A DNA stretch of 64,000 bases from Mizuhopecten yessoensis. Its lineage: Eukaryota. A program made the translations under genes and the position numbers. The notes below the pieces were generated by a model. It ran no database searches and was not told where the DNA came from. It was given only the letters and a program-made list of their open reading frames with translations. Below, piece by piece: positions 25,201-40,200 of this stretch; positions within the stretch are counted from its first letter, which is position 1; each line of letters begins with the position of its first letter. The stretch spans positions 1,027,249 through 1,091,248 of the forward strand of contig NW_018408493.1 of NCBI RefSeq assembly GCF_002113885.1, read 5' to 3'.

Positions 25201-28200
25201 CTTTTGAAATAATAAAATAAATTAATCATATAAATCCTGATTTTTGTTTCAATGTCAGAAAAGCGTGATAATTTCCAATAACGGTAATAGTGTGCTTTAA
25301 CTTTTTATAACATAATACCCATAACTTCGAAAGAATAGCTTTGATCTATGGCCATCCATGGTGTTGTTTTTTAAATGCTTTAATCATTATATGACGATTT
25401 CCTACAGTTGAAAATCCATGTTGAGGGCAATGCATGATATTTTTTATTGAATTTTCTTTGTTATTCGACTTATGTATTCTTTTGGTTTGATCAAGTACTA
25501 AATTAACTTTCGATTCCTCGTGAAACGAAATGTTCGCGATACCCCGAATGGAAATACATGTAGTTTGGAAGCAAATTATACGAGAAATACGAAATTGGTC
25601 ATACACAAGGAATTTTCCACACGAGAAAGATCATTTTGATAAGCCATATACGAAGTTTTGATATAACCAGAATGTCTCTGTCTTTTGAAATACTTTATGC
25701 TGAGAGCTTTTTGAGGATAGTCAAGTGACATGAATATATTACTCACATTTTGTTCCTGTCAAGATTTAGTCATTCGAAAAAAAATCTACGAATTACGAAT
25801 GTATACAAACTTTGTCGGCAACTTTAAAGATTCGACATTATTGATACATGTTTAACATAACATTATACAGATGACAAAATTCCACATGGTAACTCACCAA
25901 TCATACGACACTTGACTCCGGCATCACTATGGTGACTGTTACACGTGTCGATATATGAATCAAGCCAGCCTCCATGAGGGCAATCCTTTAGGCGGTCCTC
26001 GTTTCCGGTACACATGAACTTGACGTCATAGACAAGACGTGGAGGGGGCATGGTGTACTCGCCTTGATACACTTCCCCAATATCGTACCCGAATTGTTTA
26101 CAAAGTGCCTGAGCCTCATTTTGACCCCAGTAGGTATTGCAGATTGTACCCCAACCTTCTCCGGGTAAGCGAATTTCCACACGACCCCATTTTGAATTGC
26201 GATCCCCGCCTGATATCTTGTAAGTAGGACCTATTGAAAAGAAATATCGCCATATGTCAATTTTATTTTTATCTGAAGCAATACGCCCTTTTATATTTAT
26301 ATTACTCTGTTGACAGATCTAGTTCACGTATACCATAAAGTGGAGTGAAAATTCCTTGTCGAAAAACAAATTGTGTTTTAGATAGAGAAATACAATAGTG
26401 TGTTTAATAGCTATGCAGAGTATGTTTCATACCCGATGGAATTACTCGAGTGTACAATATAATACTAACGTTTTAAAGATTATATCTATTGCCGTATTTT
26501 TAAATTCTAAGTACAATATTTTGACGTATACCTTCGGCATCAAAACAGATCGTTCCAGCGTAGTGTCGCTTATCACATTTTTGTACACGGCCCAGTCCCA
26601 CGTGGCGGCATTCTTGAAGGTCATTTTCGAGTCCGGAACAAGTGAAGTTAGATGTCCAGTACGGTCCGTTCGATTGCGTCACATTCTCCACAAAATGTGT
26701 GTAAGCGACACCATACTTGAATCCCTGCTGTTTACAAGCAACCTTGGCGTCATAATCATTCCAGCCATCGGCACAGATTCGTCCTTCTACTCCGAGGTAG
26801 GTCAACGCAAGCTCACTAACTTTACTACCAAAAGTAGGCTTGGGTAGGGAGAGCGTGTAATCTAAAAAAAAATGATATAACCTATTTACATAATCGTAAT
26901 TCTTTTTTTTATGTTTACTGATTTTCGTGAATGCAGGTTTGGTAATATTGTTAGGACAATTTGAAATATAAACAACACATTTACAAAATAAAACGCATGA
27001 TGCACTTCGGTGAACAATAGTCTTTGTTCTTTGAATAAAAGTGTATTGTCTTTCTTATGACATATCATTTGGTGGTTACATTATCTGATCATGAGGAAAA
27101 AGTCTTTGATGTTACAGAAATCAAAACTCGATAATAACAGTAAAAAATAGCAATTTTAGCGAAAAAAATATATTTGTACATTCCTTTTTTACATAATATA
27201 TATCGATTTCACCTCGCGTTTCGTTTCTTCCTCTCTCTCTCTCTCTCGATTTTGTCCGCATTCCACATGTTTGATCTGCTGAGGCAGAATTTATGTATAT
27301 GCATGTACTAATATATTTTGTTGTGACTCTCGTACCTGTTGTGCCCTATTTTTTTGGCCTGAACTTTATATAACTGTTTTCGTTGTAACTTGCCAAATAG
27401 CCCCTGTTACTAATCCTGTTCTTCATTAAGAGACATACGTTCGTATTTTATTTCGTAATTTGGATTTTTCATCGTCAAGTTGGAATTTACGTGAAAACTT
27501 TAAATGGGTTTAAAATCGTCCTTATCTCTGTCCAAGATTCAAAACTACAATATTAGGAGAATTCTGTATGGCCAAATCGTCTCGGATAGCTAGACAGAGT
27601 TGGTTCCTTCATAGTCATATGACCGAATGATGTGTAATTGTATTGTCTTTCTTATGACATATCATTGGGTGGTTACATTATCTGATCATGAGGAAAAAGT
27701 CTATGATGTTACAGAAATCAAAACCCCAACATGATACACAGAATTTTCACTGTTATTGCTATCTTTTTAATATTAGGAGATTAAGTTTTCTGGTTACCAT
27801 ACAAAACAGAGTTAATCCAGTGAAAACTAAGTCTAATAAGAGGTAAGCAGAAAAAATGTTTTGCTTTTAAAGCATAAGGATTTTGTATATATATGTCAGT
27901 TTGGTTGGTAAATCTATACAAGCCAAAGCAAACACGAACATTTAAGTTATTTTTATATCGTAAAACTGAATGATTCCATTTGCAATACGGTTTGTAAAAC
28001 GTATCGAATTCGAAAATTCATTTTCAAGTTAAAAAAAAAAAAAGCAAATGCATGGAAAAAAAAGAGTAAAATATAATTTAAATGTAATTGAAATTATTTT
28101 CAACATATAGGAATCGACAGTCAAATCTTTGATGAACCTTTATAATATGATGTTATGTTTGATTATATTGAATCGATAAATATCACTTACTGTTTTGGAT

Positions 28201-31200
28201 TTTCAAAAAGAGACAAAATGCAGTCAACCGGCATTTCCCAATATCTGAACATTATATTTCAACTGAAAAAATACCTTCTTTTCTTGCCCCGTTGTAGCAC
28301 ACAACAGAAGCATAGTTGTCTGTAGAACAAGTGGCCTGGCTAACGGGAACGTTGTTAGGATGTAGAAATGTAGCGCGACACTGTCTTATATATGACTCTG
28401 TGCCCGAACACTGAAGAGAGGATACTAGCACAGAGCTGTCGGCTTTACCAAAAGGTGAACAACACAGGGAAATCCCGTCGTCAAATCCAAGGTTTCTACA
28501 CACTACACCTAGACAGAGGGTTTATTTTAATATAATTACAATATTGTCATGAATAAAACTGATGTTATGTATCAACATTCCGAATAATATTCAGATCAAC
28601 ATTTTTTTAAGTCTTGCTAAGTGAACGAGGATAATTTAGAAAGGTATGGAGAGGGGGGAGGCGATTCAAAACGATATAATAACAGGCTGACGACGTTTTG
28701 ATACAGAAGGATTTTTAAATAAAATACATTAGAGAATGTTCCTTCACTTGGTGTTATGTTGCCTTTTGCTGAATATTTAAGCTTATCTCATATTGCGTCC
28801 ATATAATCAAACTTGTGACATTTTACGCGAAAACAATTGTCACCCTTAAACTGAATTTTAAAAGCAGGAATGCGCCTTAAACATGCTCATTCTCAACAAT
28901 AAAGAAAAAGAACTACGCTTCGCTATACTTTCTAGTGTATAATGTCATCAATTTTGCTGTTATTATCTGAAGAGAAATGTTATGCATGGAAGAATAAAAT
29001 TTACGAATACTATCGCCGTAGTGAAATATGAACGTACCTGCATCAGAATCGCTGAATGTGGTGGCACAAATTGTCCCCCATGTATCGTCATTGTACACCT
29101 CCACGATACCATAGTGACTCCTCCCGCCAACAAGCTTCACTAAACACAGTTTGAGAGTTTAAAGTCCCGTGTATGTATAGTGAAATAAATTAGCAATGTA
29201 CATGTGAAATAGATAGATTTTAATGATGAGGTCGAATTTTATACGTAAAGAACGTGTCTCCCCATTACTATGTTTATTGTCAGTAGGTTAACGTTTTGTT
29301 GGCTTGTTTGGGGGTTTTTTCTGCTGTACAAGCTTTGACTTTGGCTATGGGGATATACGAAGAAAGAATATGAATAAAGTTAATGGGCAAGTGAAAAAAG
29401 GTTTTTTTTATTTTTTTTATATATATATTAATATGTATATGTATTTAGTAAGTCCCCCAAACGAAGTGGGGGACCTATTGGTTTTTCGCTTCTTCTTCTT
29501 CTTCTTCTTCTGCCGTGATTTTGTCCGACACATTTAAAAAAAAAAACATTTGACGGAAATAAATGAAACTTTACACAAGTGTTCATCATGGCTAGGGGGT
29601 GTGTAAATGACCTTTCATTTTCCGATCAGTCAACCGAAATGACCGCCACGGCCTCTGATCCGATTTGTCGAAATTTAATATTGGTCGATTTTGCTCAATT
29701 TTCTTTTTGTATGCGTATTTTGGCACTACGAACATAGCTGCTGGGGATGTTTTAGGGACGTCTATAATGACCCCCCAGTACAATTAGTACTTGTTATCTA
29801 ATATGAATATCATTGTTCAGTGAAATACCAATGTGATTATATGCGTGTTATTAGCTCTTCACGTGTTTAAATTTACCATCATTCAAGTGAGGTCAACTAA
29901 TCTGATTAGCAGGTCGTCAATGCTATTGAAAAAATGTGCTGTCATAGAATGAAAGTTTTAACTTTGACTTAAAATGAAGTCCGAGTGTCATTAAAATGTC
30001 GATTTGAGTACCATACGAAAAAATAGCCCATAATTATCAAAATGAAGTACCGTTACGTGATGTATGTTTAGTATGACTCAAACGTTATTAAATAAGCGTT
30101 CTATAACGGTGACATGCATATTAACAATCTATAAACGCTACCATTTACACAACACACATATTGATGACGTAACGTACCTCCACGATGACAATTGACAGAG
30201 GCGATTGTTACAGATTCCATTAACGTTGGATCCCAGTCCCCGATGCAGGCAAAGACGGAATCTTCTCTTCCAGTACAATGGAATTTCACGACGCCTGGTA
30301 TATGAGATATAAACCCGAATGCTGATCCGTCCACATATGTTTGGTTCATTTCTTTACATACCAAAGACGCGGCGACGTCATCAAACTCAGATTTATCGAT
30401 ATATAAGTAATTGTTGTCAGTGTGTATGTAAAGGGCGGATGACTTTCCAGTTCCTCTAATTTTAAAATCCAATGCATCTGGAATAATAAAAATGAACCTT
30501 AGTCAATAAATAAAAATTCTTATAATTTTTACTTCAAACACTGTATATAAGCAGTAAAATTAAATTAAAAGATAACGAGTACAGTACTATCAAAATACAT
30601 CAGCATATTTGGCAGTATAATGGAATACTTGTTAAGGGCTTTTTCTATGGAGGTATTTTATACAGATCCATCGGTCTTTTGTTACATTTTACAGATTCAC
30701 AGTTGCTCAAAATTTGTATTTTATAAAACAAAACTAAAACTGTAGTTACAGCAGAAATCCAAGGGGTCGACTTTGGGAGCTATCCACTGCCGTTCCTTGA
30801 TTATATCCATGTTGCTTTCAAGGAATTTAAAATGCACAATATCATAATGAAACTTGAACAACTTCCCAAGGAAAGTTATTAAAGTGTCCTTTATACAAGG
30901 GAGAAAACTTAAGTCAAAAAAGCTTTTAAATATCTGCTTCACAATTTTAACTTGAGCAGTGGTACCGTTTACACCGTTTTTATTGGAAAAATAATCAAAC
31001 GAAGCCATGAAAAAGTATAACAGGCCCTTTTTACCTCAAAGACTTCTTAAAAACATTGTGAATCTCTACAGATACAGTTTTGTATCTCATAGGATACATG
31101 AATCTGGGTACGTTTAAAAATATTAAAGAAGACCGCTTTGCGTTGTTATCAAGCAAACCATGATTCGAACGATTTCGCCCCGAGAGATATGCAACCCGCA

Positions 31201-34200
31201 TTTATAATGGCCTAGCAACATAAAATAGTTTATAACATTTGTAAATGGTAAGTCTATTGAAAGAACATCATATTGAAAAGGATAGAAAACACTAAAAATA
31301 AATATAATCTTAAAAGTAGTTCCTTTTAATATGTTCCAGTTGTAGTAAGGCTTTGCTGAACAAGTTTGACCAAAGGTATATGAAAATAAAACGATTTCAA
31401 TATCTTTTTTATTATATTAAAATAACATAAGAATTGGTGCGAATACCCTGAAAACTATTATTTTTTCTTTTCATCGTCATATTTAAAATCACATTATCTT
31501 GAAATATACGACGTCATGTTTATTGCATTGATTGTGATGTTCATCAGTAATGAAACACCTGTAATGTCTCAATGAAAAAGGTCACATCGGTTAAAAGGTT
31601 TTATGGACATATATCATGTTTGACATGATAATTGCCTGTATGTGTATATATACTGTGAATTATAAAGCGCCGAATCTTTGCTAAATACAAAATTTAATAA
31701 TATGACTTACCTGTCGTGTTCAAGCAAATAACACCAGCTATAGCTTCTCTGTTATAGCAGCCAGTGTCTGCGCCGAACTTGTCCTGAATACAGTCGCCGA
31801 AATGTTGTTCCACACCCCTACATTTGACATTGCCAAGGATGATGACATCAGCATCATCTACAAGATTCCTTACAGCCTTTCCTGACCTGTATCCTAGCGT
31901 CCGACACGTCACATCCGCATCTTCGTCATCCCAACCGGTAGCACATACATATCCCCAAGTACCGTAGCGACGCACCTGCACAGGACCGTAGTACGAATTT
32001 TCCGGCAATCGAACGGTTATGTCTGCAATATTTAGACACAATTGTTAAAGTAAATGTCTTATTTGCTACTATACTGAGCATGTCAATAACATTTCTTTAT
32101 TTTAATATGTTTTTTGACTCGAAATATCCACATACTGTCTATTTCACATTTCTCATGGAAAGGTAAAAGAATATGGAACAGAAAGACTTATTTGTCACGA
32201 TGGAAATAACACCATAGGAACAAAATACAAGCTACTACAAAGTAGAAACCACACGTCAAAAAATGCAAAACAAAAACAAAAACCTCTGTCAACAGATATT
32301 ACAATTGTTCCAACGGACATGGCGTGTGAGAAAAAAAGTACATTTTTGGACGAGATAGTTCAGTAGTTTCGAATAGGTACAAAAATGTGTCAGAAACTTT
32401 ATTTGAACTACACAATGAGTAAGAACTGAATGCGTTATCGCCTTTGAAAAAAGGAAAGGGGAAGGTGGGAAGGACAAAAGAAAGTAGTTCGTGGTGACAA
32501 AAATGATTCCTGGTATCTCTTATATTAAGAAGGATGTTAATTACTTGCGTTTACATTTTTTGGCTTCAGTTATCGACACGTTACTGGCATACAAGTGTCA
32601 GTAAGTTTCCTTTTTTATTCTATTGACAATAATTGGTCATTAAACTACAGCACGTAATTCAGTCTATAAAATGGACTCTCGTTTTTTAACAATAAGTAAT
32701 TTCACTTAATTGTCAATATTTCTGAAAAGATATATCTATTTTCTTACCTTCCAGTGTTGACATTGTTGAACAGAGCACGGAGGCGTACCGATTTGAAGGA
32801 CATGCACCCGTTGTGTCGTAAAAACAATCCTGTGGTCTGTCCTCTGTCCCGTCACATGTCATGTTCGTCACCTGTATCTCCACGTCGACTGGCTGAGGAC
32901 CAAAACTTGAACAACATTGACTCCGTCCCGTGACGTATTCTAGCGACGCGCACACAACACGTGCCTCTGTATCGTCGAAGTTGTCGTCACACACTGCCTC
33001 CCAGCGCTGTCCGTTGTGTAGTTCGACACGACCGAAGTTAGGCTTCATTGATCCTGATGTTAGTCTTACTGAGAATTAAAAAATATATATCAACGTGTAC
33101 AAAAGTTACTTTACGGATTATACAATGGACGTTAAAGTCTAATGGGAGGGCCTCCGGATTAATGAAAACCCAAAATAAAACAAAAATCTTTTATTTAAAT
33201 AGGTATCTCCAGATATGTCGTAATGATTAGCATTTTGACAAATTATGAACCAAAGAGCGAAGGTTTTTTAAATGAAATATTATGAAACATCAATATTACA
33301 AAACATGCAAGGTACTGTAAACTGTAAATTTTATTTATTTATGTATTAAGGAATTAATAGCGTTATTAAAATACAATTAAAATGTCAAAATTTGTTTTTG
33401 TACTTATAAAGGAATCGATAAGGTTATTAAAATACAATGAAAATGTAATTATTTTTTTATTTATTTATTAAGTAATTAAACGGGATATTTAAATACAATT
33501 AAAACATAAATAAATTTTTGATGAAGTTATTTCAAACGAGTTAATCCTTACCATTATTGTAGCATTTGACTGCGGCTGCGCCCGACCGACATGTTACAAA
33601 GTGGTAGTGGGGTTCTATGGCACAATCCAAGAAGCTTGTTTCGTTTCCATTACATTTCATCGAGTCCAAGAAGTAGGTACCGACAGCGTTACCATGGCTA
33701 CCGGCATCCAACGAGATTCCAGAACGGTAACCTAGCTGACGGCATACAACGTCAGCCTCGTTATGAGAAAAGTAGTCGCCGCATACCGAACCTTTGGTAT
33801 CTGCATTGACTCTGACCAATAGTCTGCCTTCCATGGCCGTTCCATTTTCCAGTTCTATCATAGCGGCTTCTTTGAACGTAAAATGCAATATTTATGAATT
33901 AGATTGATGGTTAAGATGTGGACTCCTGGGGTTATCGTTCGTTTGCACTTTAATCTGAGTTAAACAGTACTAGTAAAGTACAGTTACACCTCGTTATACC
34001 GCCACAATGTAGGTAAAGTAAAGAGGTTTTACGAAAATATACAAAATAGTTTTTTTTAAAAACGGGACATTGAATTTTGTTGGCGGTAATAGAAGAGGCA
34101 AGATAAAAAGGGACATTCTGTCGAGGTTTTACTGTAATAACAAGTCTAAAACTACAGATGCAACACTGCGTTAACTTTAAAGTTTACAAGGACACGAAAG

Positions 34201-37200
34201 TAATACTACATGAACTAAAATGTGTACACAGTTCAGATTCCTGCAGGTGAAATGAATGTTAATTTGCAAGGTGAGAAATAATGAGAGACACTTAACAAGA
34301 TAGACATATTAAAAAATTGAAATAAGAGTTTGCATGAATATTTCAGAAAGCAGATGAAAAACAAATTACAATAAATTTTCTCGCGTTTACTTATTTGGAG
34401 CGAAAATACCCACATGCAGGGGAAATTGCACAATATGAAATGAATGTATAGCAGCCTTGCCGACGCTTCCTGCATCGAAAGGCAAACTTTCCATGGACAA
34501 ACTTAAATATACCTGGTTGTGATAGACAAAACACTCCAGCGACAGTCCTGTAATCACATTTACATGTTTCACCCCACTTAAGGTCACAGTCGTCGAGCGT
34601 GTTCGCTGTTGAACTGCAGTTAAGATTTGACAACCAGCGGAAGTTATTTTTGTGGATATTTCCCAACTTTTCAGTCTGTGTATGATGTCTGAAAAGTACA
34701 ATGTGCAAGAATTGCTTCTCTTTCCTTCATTTGTCATTGTGGCATTTTTTAACTTATGGTATAAATATCGTACCATCGGATAACTTTTGTTTCAACCCAT
34801 TATGCACTGTGCATAGTATGTAGGCAAAATCAACTCGGCACATATGATATTTACTCGGCACAACATCAAAGGCAATAATTATGAATTAATTCGTGCTTAT
34901 ATTTCATTGAACTTTATTTGATGTAATATGACGTAGTATCATTTCAATTAATTTACTGACATGTGTTTATTTACTGAAATAAATCTAAAAATCTGATAAT
35001 ACCCGTTTGATTTCTAAGTTGTAATGAAAGCTAAGGGAGATGAATTTACTGAAATAATTATAAAAATCTGATAATACCCGTATGATTTCTAAGTTGTAAT
35101 GAAAGCTAAGGGAGATGAATCCTTATCATTCTGATGGATTTTATAAGGCTAGCAGGAGTTATCTTCCCTTATATACCAGTATGTCAAACGATGGTTTCTT
35201 ACCGATAGGCAGTTCCGTATAGATGTCCCCTCATCTTACAGATCACAGTGGCGTCCACGTCATCGAATCCCTCAGAACAGATGTAGCCGTATTGGTGGAA
35301 ATGAGACACTTTTACGTATCCATGGTCAGCATTTTGAAGCTGTAATTGTGCTAAAAACAAATTCAAATTGGTCAAATATTGTTTTCAGAAAATATAAAGT
35401 TTCTCTAATGAATTTTACCTGTGTAAACATGTATCAACAAAATTAGAAAAAAACGCTTTCTTCAAAATATACCACAATTAGTTGTTCATCTGTCAAGAAT
35501 GAATTCTTTCCATTTGACCTACATTTTGTAAGATACCGATATTTTTCAATCATAAAATAAAAAAATATTTGTTAATGTTTCCCCTTAAATATCATTCATG
35601 TTCCATAAGTATGGATGAATATTTCAGTATTTTGAAGAGAGTGCAAGCGAGAATCAAAGTGTTTCATAATTCTGTCAGAAAAGGGAAATATTAATGTTAT
35701 TCAACGGGAACTTTTTCAACATTCTGGTTTTACATTTTTAAAGTTTTAAAATAAATTGAAAGGCAGGCATGGTGACAAACAGCAGAACGTCACAATCTCT
35801 TCACTTTGTGGGATCACCAAGTTCAAGTTTTATTTTTACACTCATGACACACACTAGGTGTTTCAAGAGGTCAACATTTAATACTTTTCAATTACATAGC
35901 AAAGTGAGTACAGATTGTTTATACAACATGTAAATATATAATAATACAGAATAATAACACTGCATTTATCTTATGTCACTTACAGCCTTAATTGATTTTT
36001 TTCTAGAAAACGACTTATTTTAGATAAAACATTTAAATTACAAATAGGAATCATTCCTTTTAGCTTAAAATTGCTGGGGTTTGTAGTGTAATAATTATGG
36101 ATGTATATTTTTCTTATTGATGATATTTAAGTATTTTGGCATTTAAATAAATAATGTGGTTCATCACCTATACCTGTTTGACATAAATGACATATTCTAT
36201 CTGATTTTGGAGTTGCGTTCCAGCGTCCAGTCTCTATTGGGAAATTCAGATTAGACGTTCGGAATTTACAAATACTTTTCCTATCTTTTTCATTAAGTTT
36301 TGTTAGATATGATTCATACTGAAAGTTTGTCTTAAATATGGAGTAGAATTTCCCACGAGAAGAGTTTTCTATCTCTTGGAACCATTTCTGTATAAATTGA
36401 TATTTTAACCGCTGTTTAACTACAGCTTTGAAATGATTTCTATTCATAGTACATGTATTTTGAAAAATCCACAAATTGCTAAAACCTAACTTGTTTAATA
36501 TATCTTTTATGTAATTGTTCCACTTTAAATGCATTTGTTCACTTGATTGTAAAACATATGCCATTTTATATATCAGACTAGATAACTTGCTCCCGCCAGT
36601 TAGCAACTTAAACCAGAACATGATCATTCTTTTCTTGATTTCTACTTCTAGAGGATATCTCCAGGTTTCTCCATAAATCATGTAATTCGGAGTAGAATTT
36701 TTCACATTCATGATTCTTTTACAAAATTGCAAATGCATTCTTTCTTTGGTAATAGTGTTTTCAAATCCCCATATCTCACAAGCATACAATAGGATCAGTG
36801 CAAGAAGAGAATCAAATAACTTAAGTTGCAAATCAACAAAAAAATAGAATATTTCGTATTTTCTTGTACAATGCATATAGTGCCTTTTTAGCTTGTTCAG
36901 TTATTTTTGTTTTTGCTTTACTAAATGTGCCATTGCTATTAAATTAAATGCCCAGATTTGAATAAGAATTTTTGACTTCGATATTTTCTTCATTCAATTT
37001 AAACACATATTGTTGTCTACGTTTTCTTTTTTCAAAGATGACGACTTTCGTTTTCTGTACATTAATATTCAACTGCCAACTTCTACAATAGTTTTGAAAC
37101 ACATTCAGGGCATGTTGTAACCCTTCCGGTGTCTCAGCCATTAACACAGTATCATCCGCATACAGTATTATAAAAAGTTTAAGATACATTCCAATGTTAA

Positions 37201-40200
37201 TTTGACAGAGTCTTTCTACATGATTAAGATATGCAACATCATGTTGGTTTAAAAAATCGTCAAGATCATTCAGGTATAGGGAAAACAAAAATGGGGATAC
37301 ATTTTCCCCCTGTTTTAATCCGACATTACAAACGAAAAATTTCGAAATTTCATTTCCGTTTTTAACACATGACTTGGTACTTAAATATAAGTTTTGAATA
37401 ACCTTAAAAACTTTTCCATTTGTGTCGAATGCTTTTCGAAAATCAACAAATGTACAGTACAGCCTTTTCCCTTGGGCAAAATATGTGTTTATTAATGAGT
37501 GTAATATAAAAAATATTTTCAGTCGTCGAGTAACCTGCCTCAGAGGGAGAAATTAGGTTAATTTCATCAGCTAATTTAGTTAATCTATTATTTATGATAT
37601 GGGTAAACACTTTCCCCAAGCAAGACACAAGAGTTATAGCTCTATAGTTGTCCGTGTCGCAAGTTTCTCCTTTATTTTTATAAATAGGCTTAATTATTCC
37701 AACTGTCCAAGAGTCTGGGACTAATCCAGTATTTAGTATACTGTTGGATAACATTGTATTAATTTACTCGTGATATGCTCATCTAAAATGTCATCTTTTC
37801 CACATGCTTTGTTATGTCTTAAATTAGTTACCGCATGTATAACCTCTTCCTCTGAAATATCTTCGTCTAGTATTTGGTAAAAATTGTTATCTTCTTGTTC
37901 GGGAATATATATGTTTGGTATGTCAGCTTTATTAGATTTAGCTTTACCAGATAATTTATTTAATAAGTTCCATAGTGTTCTGGGGTTACTATTTGCAGAT
38001 TCCCTTATATCCCTTTCCATTTAATGCTGATATTCCTTAAAACACCTATTCATTTCTTTTCTATATTGTTTACTCTTATTTCTGAGGGATTTTTGTTTAT
38101 TTGATTATTTACTACAGGTCCTCCCACATTAACACCCCACGCACGAACGTTCGGGCTGCAAGAAGGATTATTGTAAGTGGGAAAAAATTGATCATTCCTA
38201 AGGAATGATAACTCAACCACAAATCGTTTGGAAAATGTTTAAATTAGGATACACTTTTAATAACGGTTATCATATCGTTCGACAAAAACATTTCGCTCAC
38301 AATACTCACTTGCTGAAGGTGACCAGACGACCGCACACACCACACTGATATATTCGTTGGTCGGACAATAGTTTGTGCTTTCGTATTTGCAATCTGCCAA
38401 CTTTGTCTCAGTTCCGTTGCAGTTGACGTTTGAAATCGCATAGGGATTCGACATCTCGCCGAACGTGGAACATCGCACGGTAATGCCATTCTGATTCCCT
38501 TGTTCTTTGCACAAAATTTCCGCAGCTACGTTTCCGAAATGACCGTCATCGCATACCAAACCATAGTTCGATAACTTGTCGTCCCAGAACGTAACAGGAC
38601 CATAATACCTACTGGTTAACAACGAAGCTGAAAGACATATTTAAAGCAAAATTAAACCATGAACTATGGTCACCATAAATGAATATGTTCAAAAATCATC
38701 TACTGTATAACATGAACGTATACCAGATAATAGTAATTTACTTTTGAAATAAAATCCAATATAGCTGATGTAATGCCGACAAATACTAAATATTATTACG
38801 AATATTATTCTGTATAAAATAATACAATAAAATTGAACATATTTGAGAAGAATTGACAAGAAACAAGTTTATAGCCGTAAAACAGGCGATAACCATAATG
38901 TGAAATACATATTTTGAATGAGCAAAAACAAAATTAGTTCAATAGCCTTAAAGATTAAATAGAAAGTTAAGAACTATCAACGAGATTTCAATCAAATGAA
39001 AACCCACACTTGTAGATGATCAAGAAGCAGGTTGAATATCTTGTTTGGTCATCGTCATGATCTTATTGGGGGAGAAAATATGTGATAAGAAGGCCAATGG
39101 TTTTGTGTTTGTTTGACTGCCCTGGTTTTCGCTTGACATTATGGTAATTGGATTGACCTACATTTACATGACAGGCGTCGTCGATGAAGAAGATGACGCT
39201 TAACATTCCGGATCACCTGGTCTTAAACATTTGTACTTCTCAAGCGTCTTTACGTTAAAATGTGGGGTTTTATTCTTTGTTTCTTTTCTCTTAAAACGCT
39301 CTTAGCTTAGATATTCCTACATTTCACATTTGTTATCAAATATTTACAGTTGAACTTTATGTCAAGAGTTGATTTTCTTTAACAATATTAAAATATATTT
39401 TTTATATATTCTAGGTTCTTATAAACCGCTTTATCGCAACCTAGTTCGGAGGTCTTCTCAAAGCGGTTCACAAATTGTATCCGTGGTTATAGGGCCTTTG
39501 CAACCAGCCAATATCTTTCTCAGCTCCATGGGGAACATACAGCCGGTGATTCCATTTCGGCGCTCACAGCTCGCATTCTACATTTCTAGCACTGCCGAAC
39601 CACATACTCATTTACAGCGGAGTAAAGTATCTTGTTTAAAGATACAACACAGTGCCGTGCCATGACTCGAACTCGCAACCCTTCGGTCACGAGCCCGGCG
39701 TCCTACCACTAGACTAACGTGCCTCCTTAAAAGAATTCAAGAAATATACTCTGAAAAAACTCACTGATTTAAATAATCTAGAGGATTCACATAATTAGGA
39801 AGTTTTGTGATTTCGAGGTTAAAAGAGTGTTATTATAGGGAACATTTACTTACAATTCATATTTAGGCACGTACAGTATTATTTCTAAATATTTTGAAAG
39901 AATTCTTTGCTATGTGGCAAAACAGAATTACCCCAAGGAAGACAGATGACGCCAGCGTCATCATTGTGGGCGTTACAACCATGTGAGGACATGTTCCAAC
40001 CAAAGTTAGGACAAGACAGGATGCTGGACTCTGTCCCGTCACACTCGACCTGATCGAGATAAACAGGTCCCACCCCTTGGCCGAAGAACGACTACAAAAA
40101 AGGTTAGACGAATAAAACATAACAAAGAGGTATGGCGGAAAACTGCCCGTATTAAGTCGGCATTTTTGAAACGGAAAAAAATATTGATGAGTAAATATTT

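Noticed and set aside
24762-26847. Plus-strand ORFs of 152 aa and 149 aa
   Set aside because: Antisense shadows of real SRCR exons with no recognisable motifs
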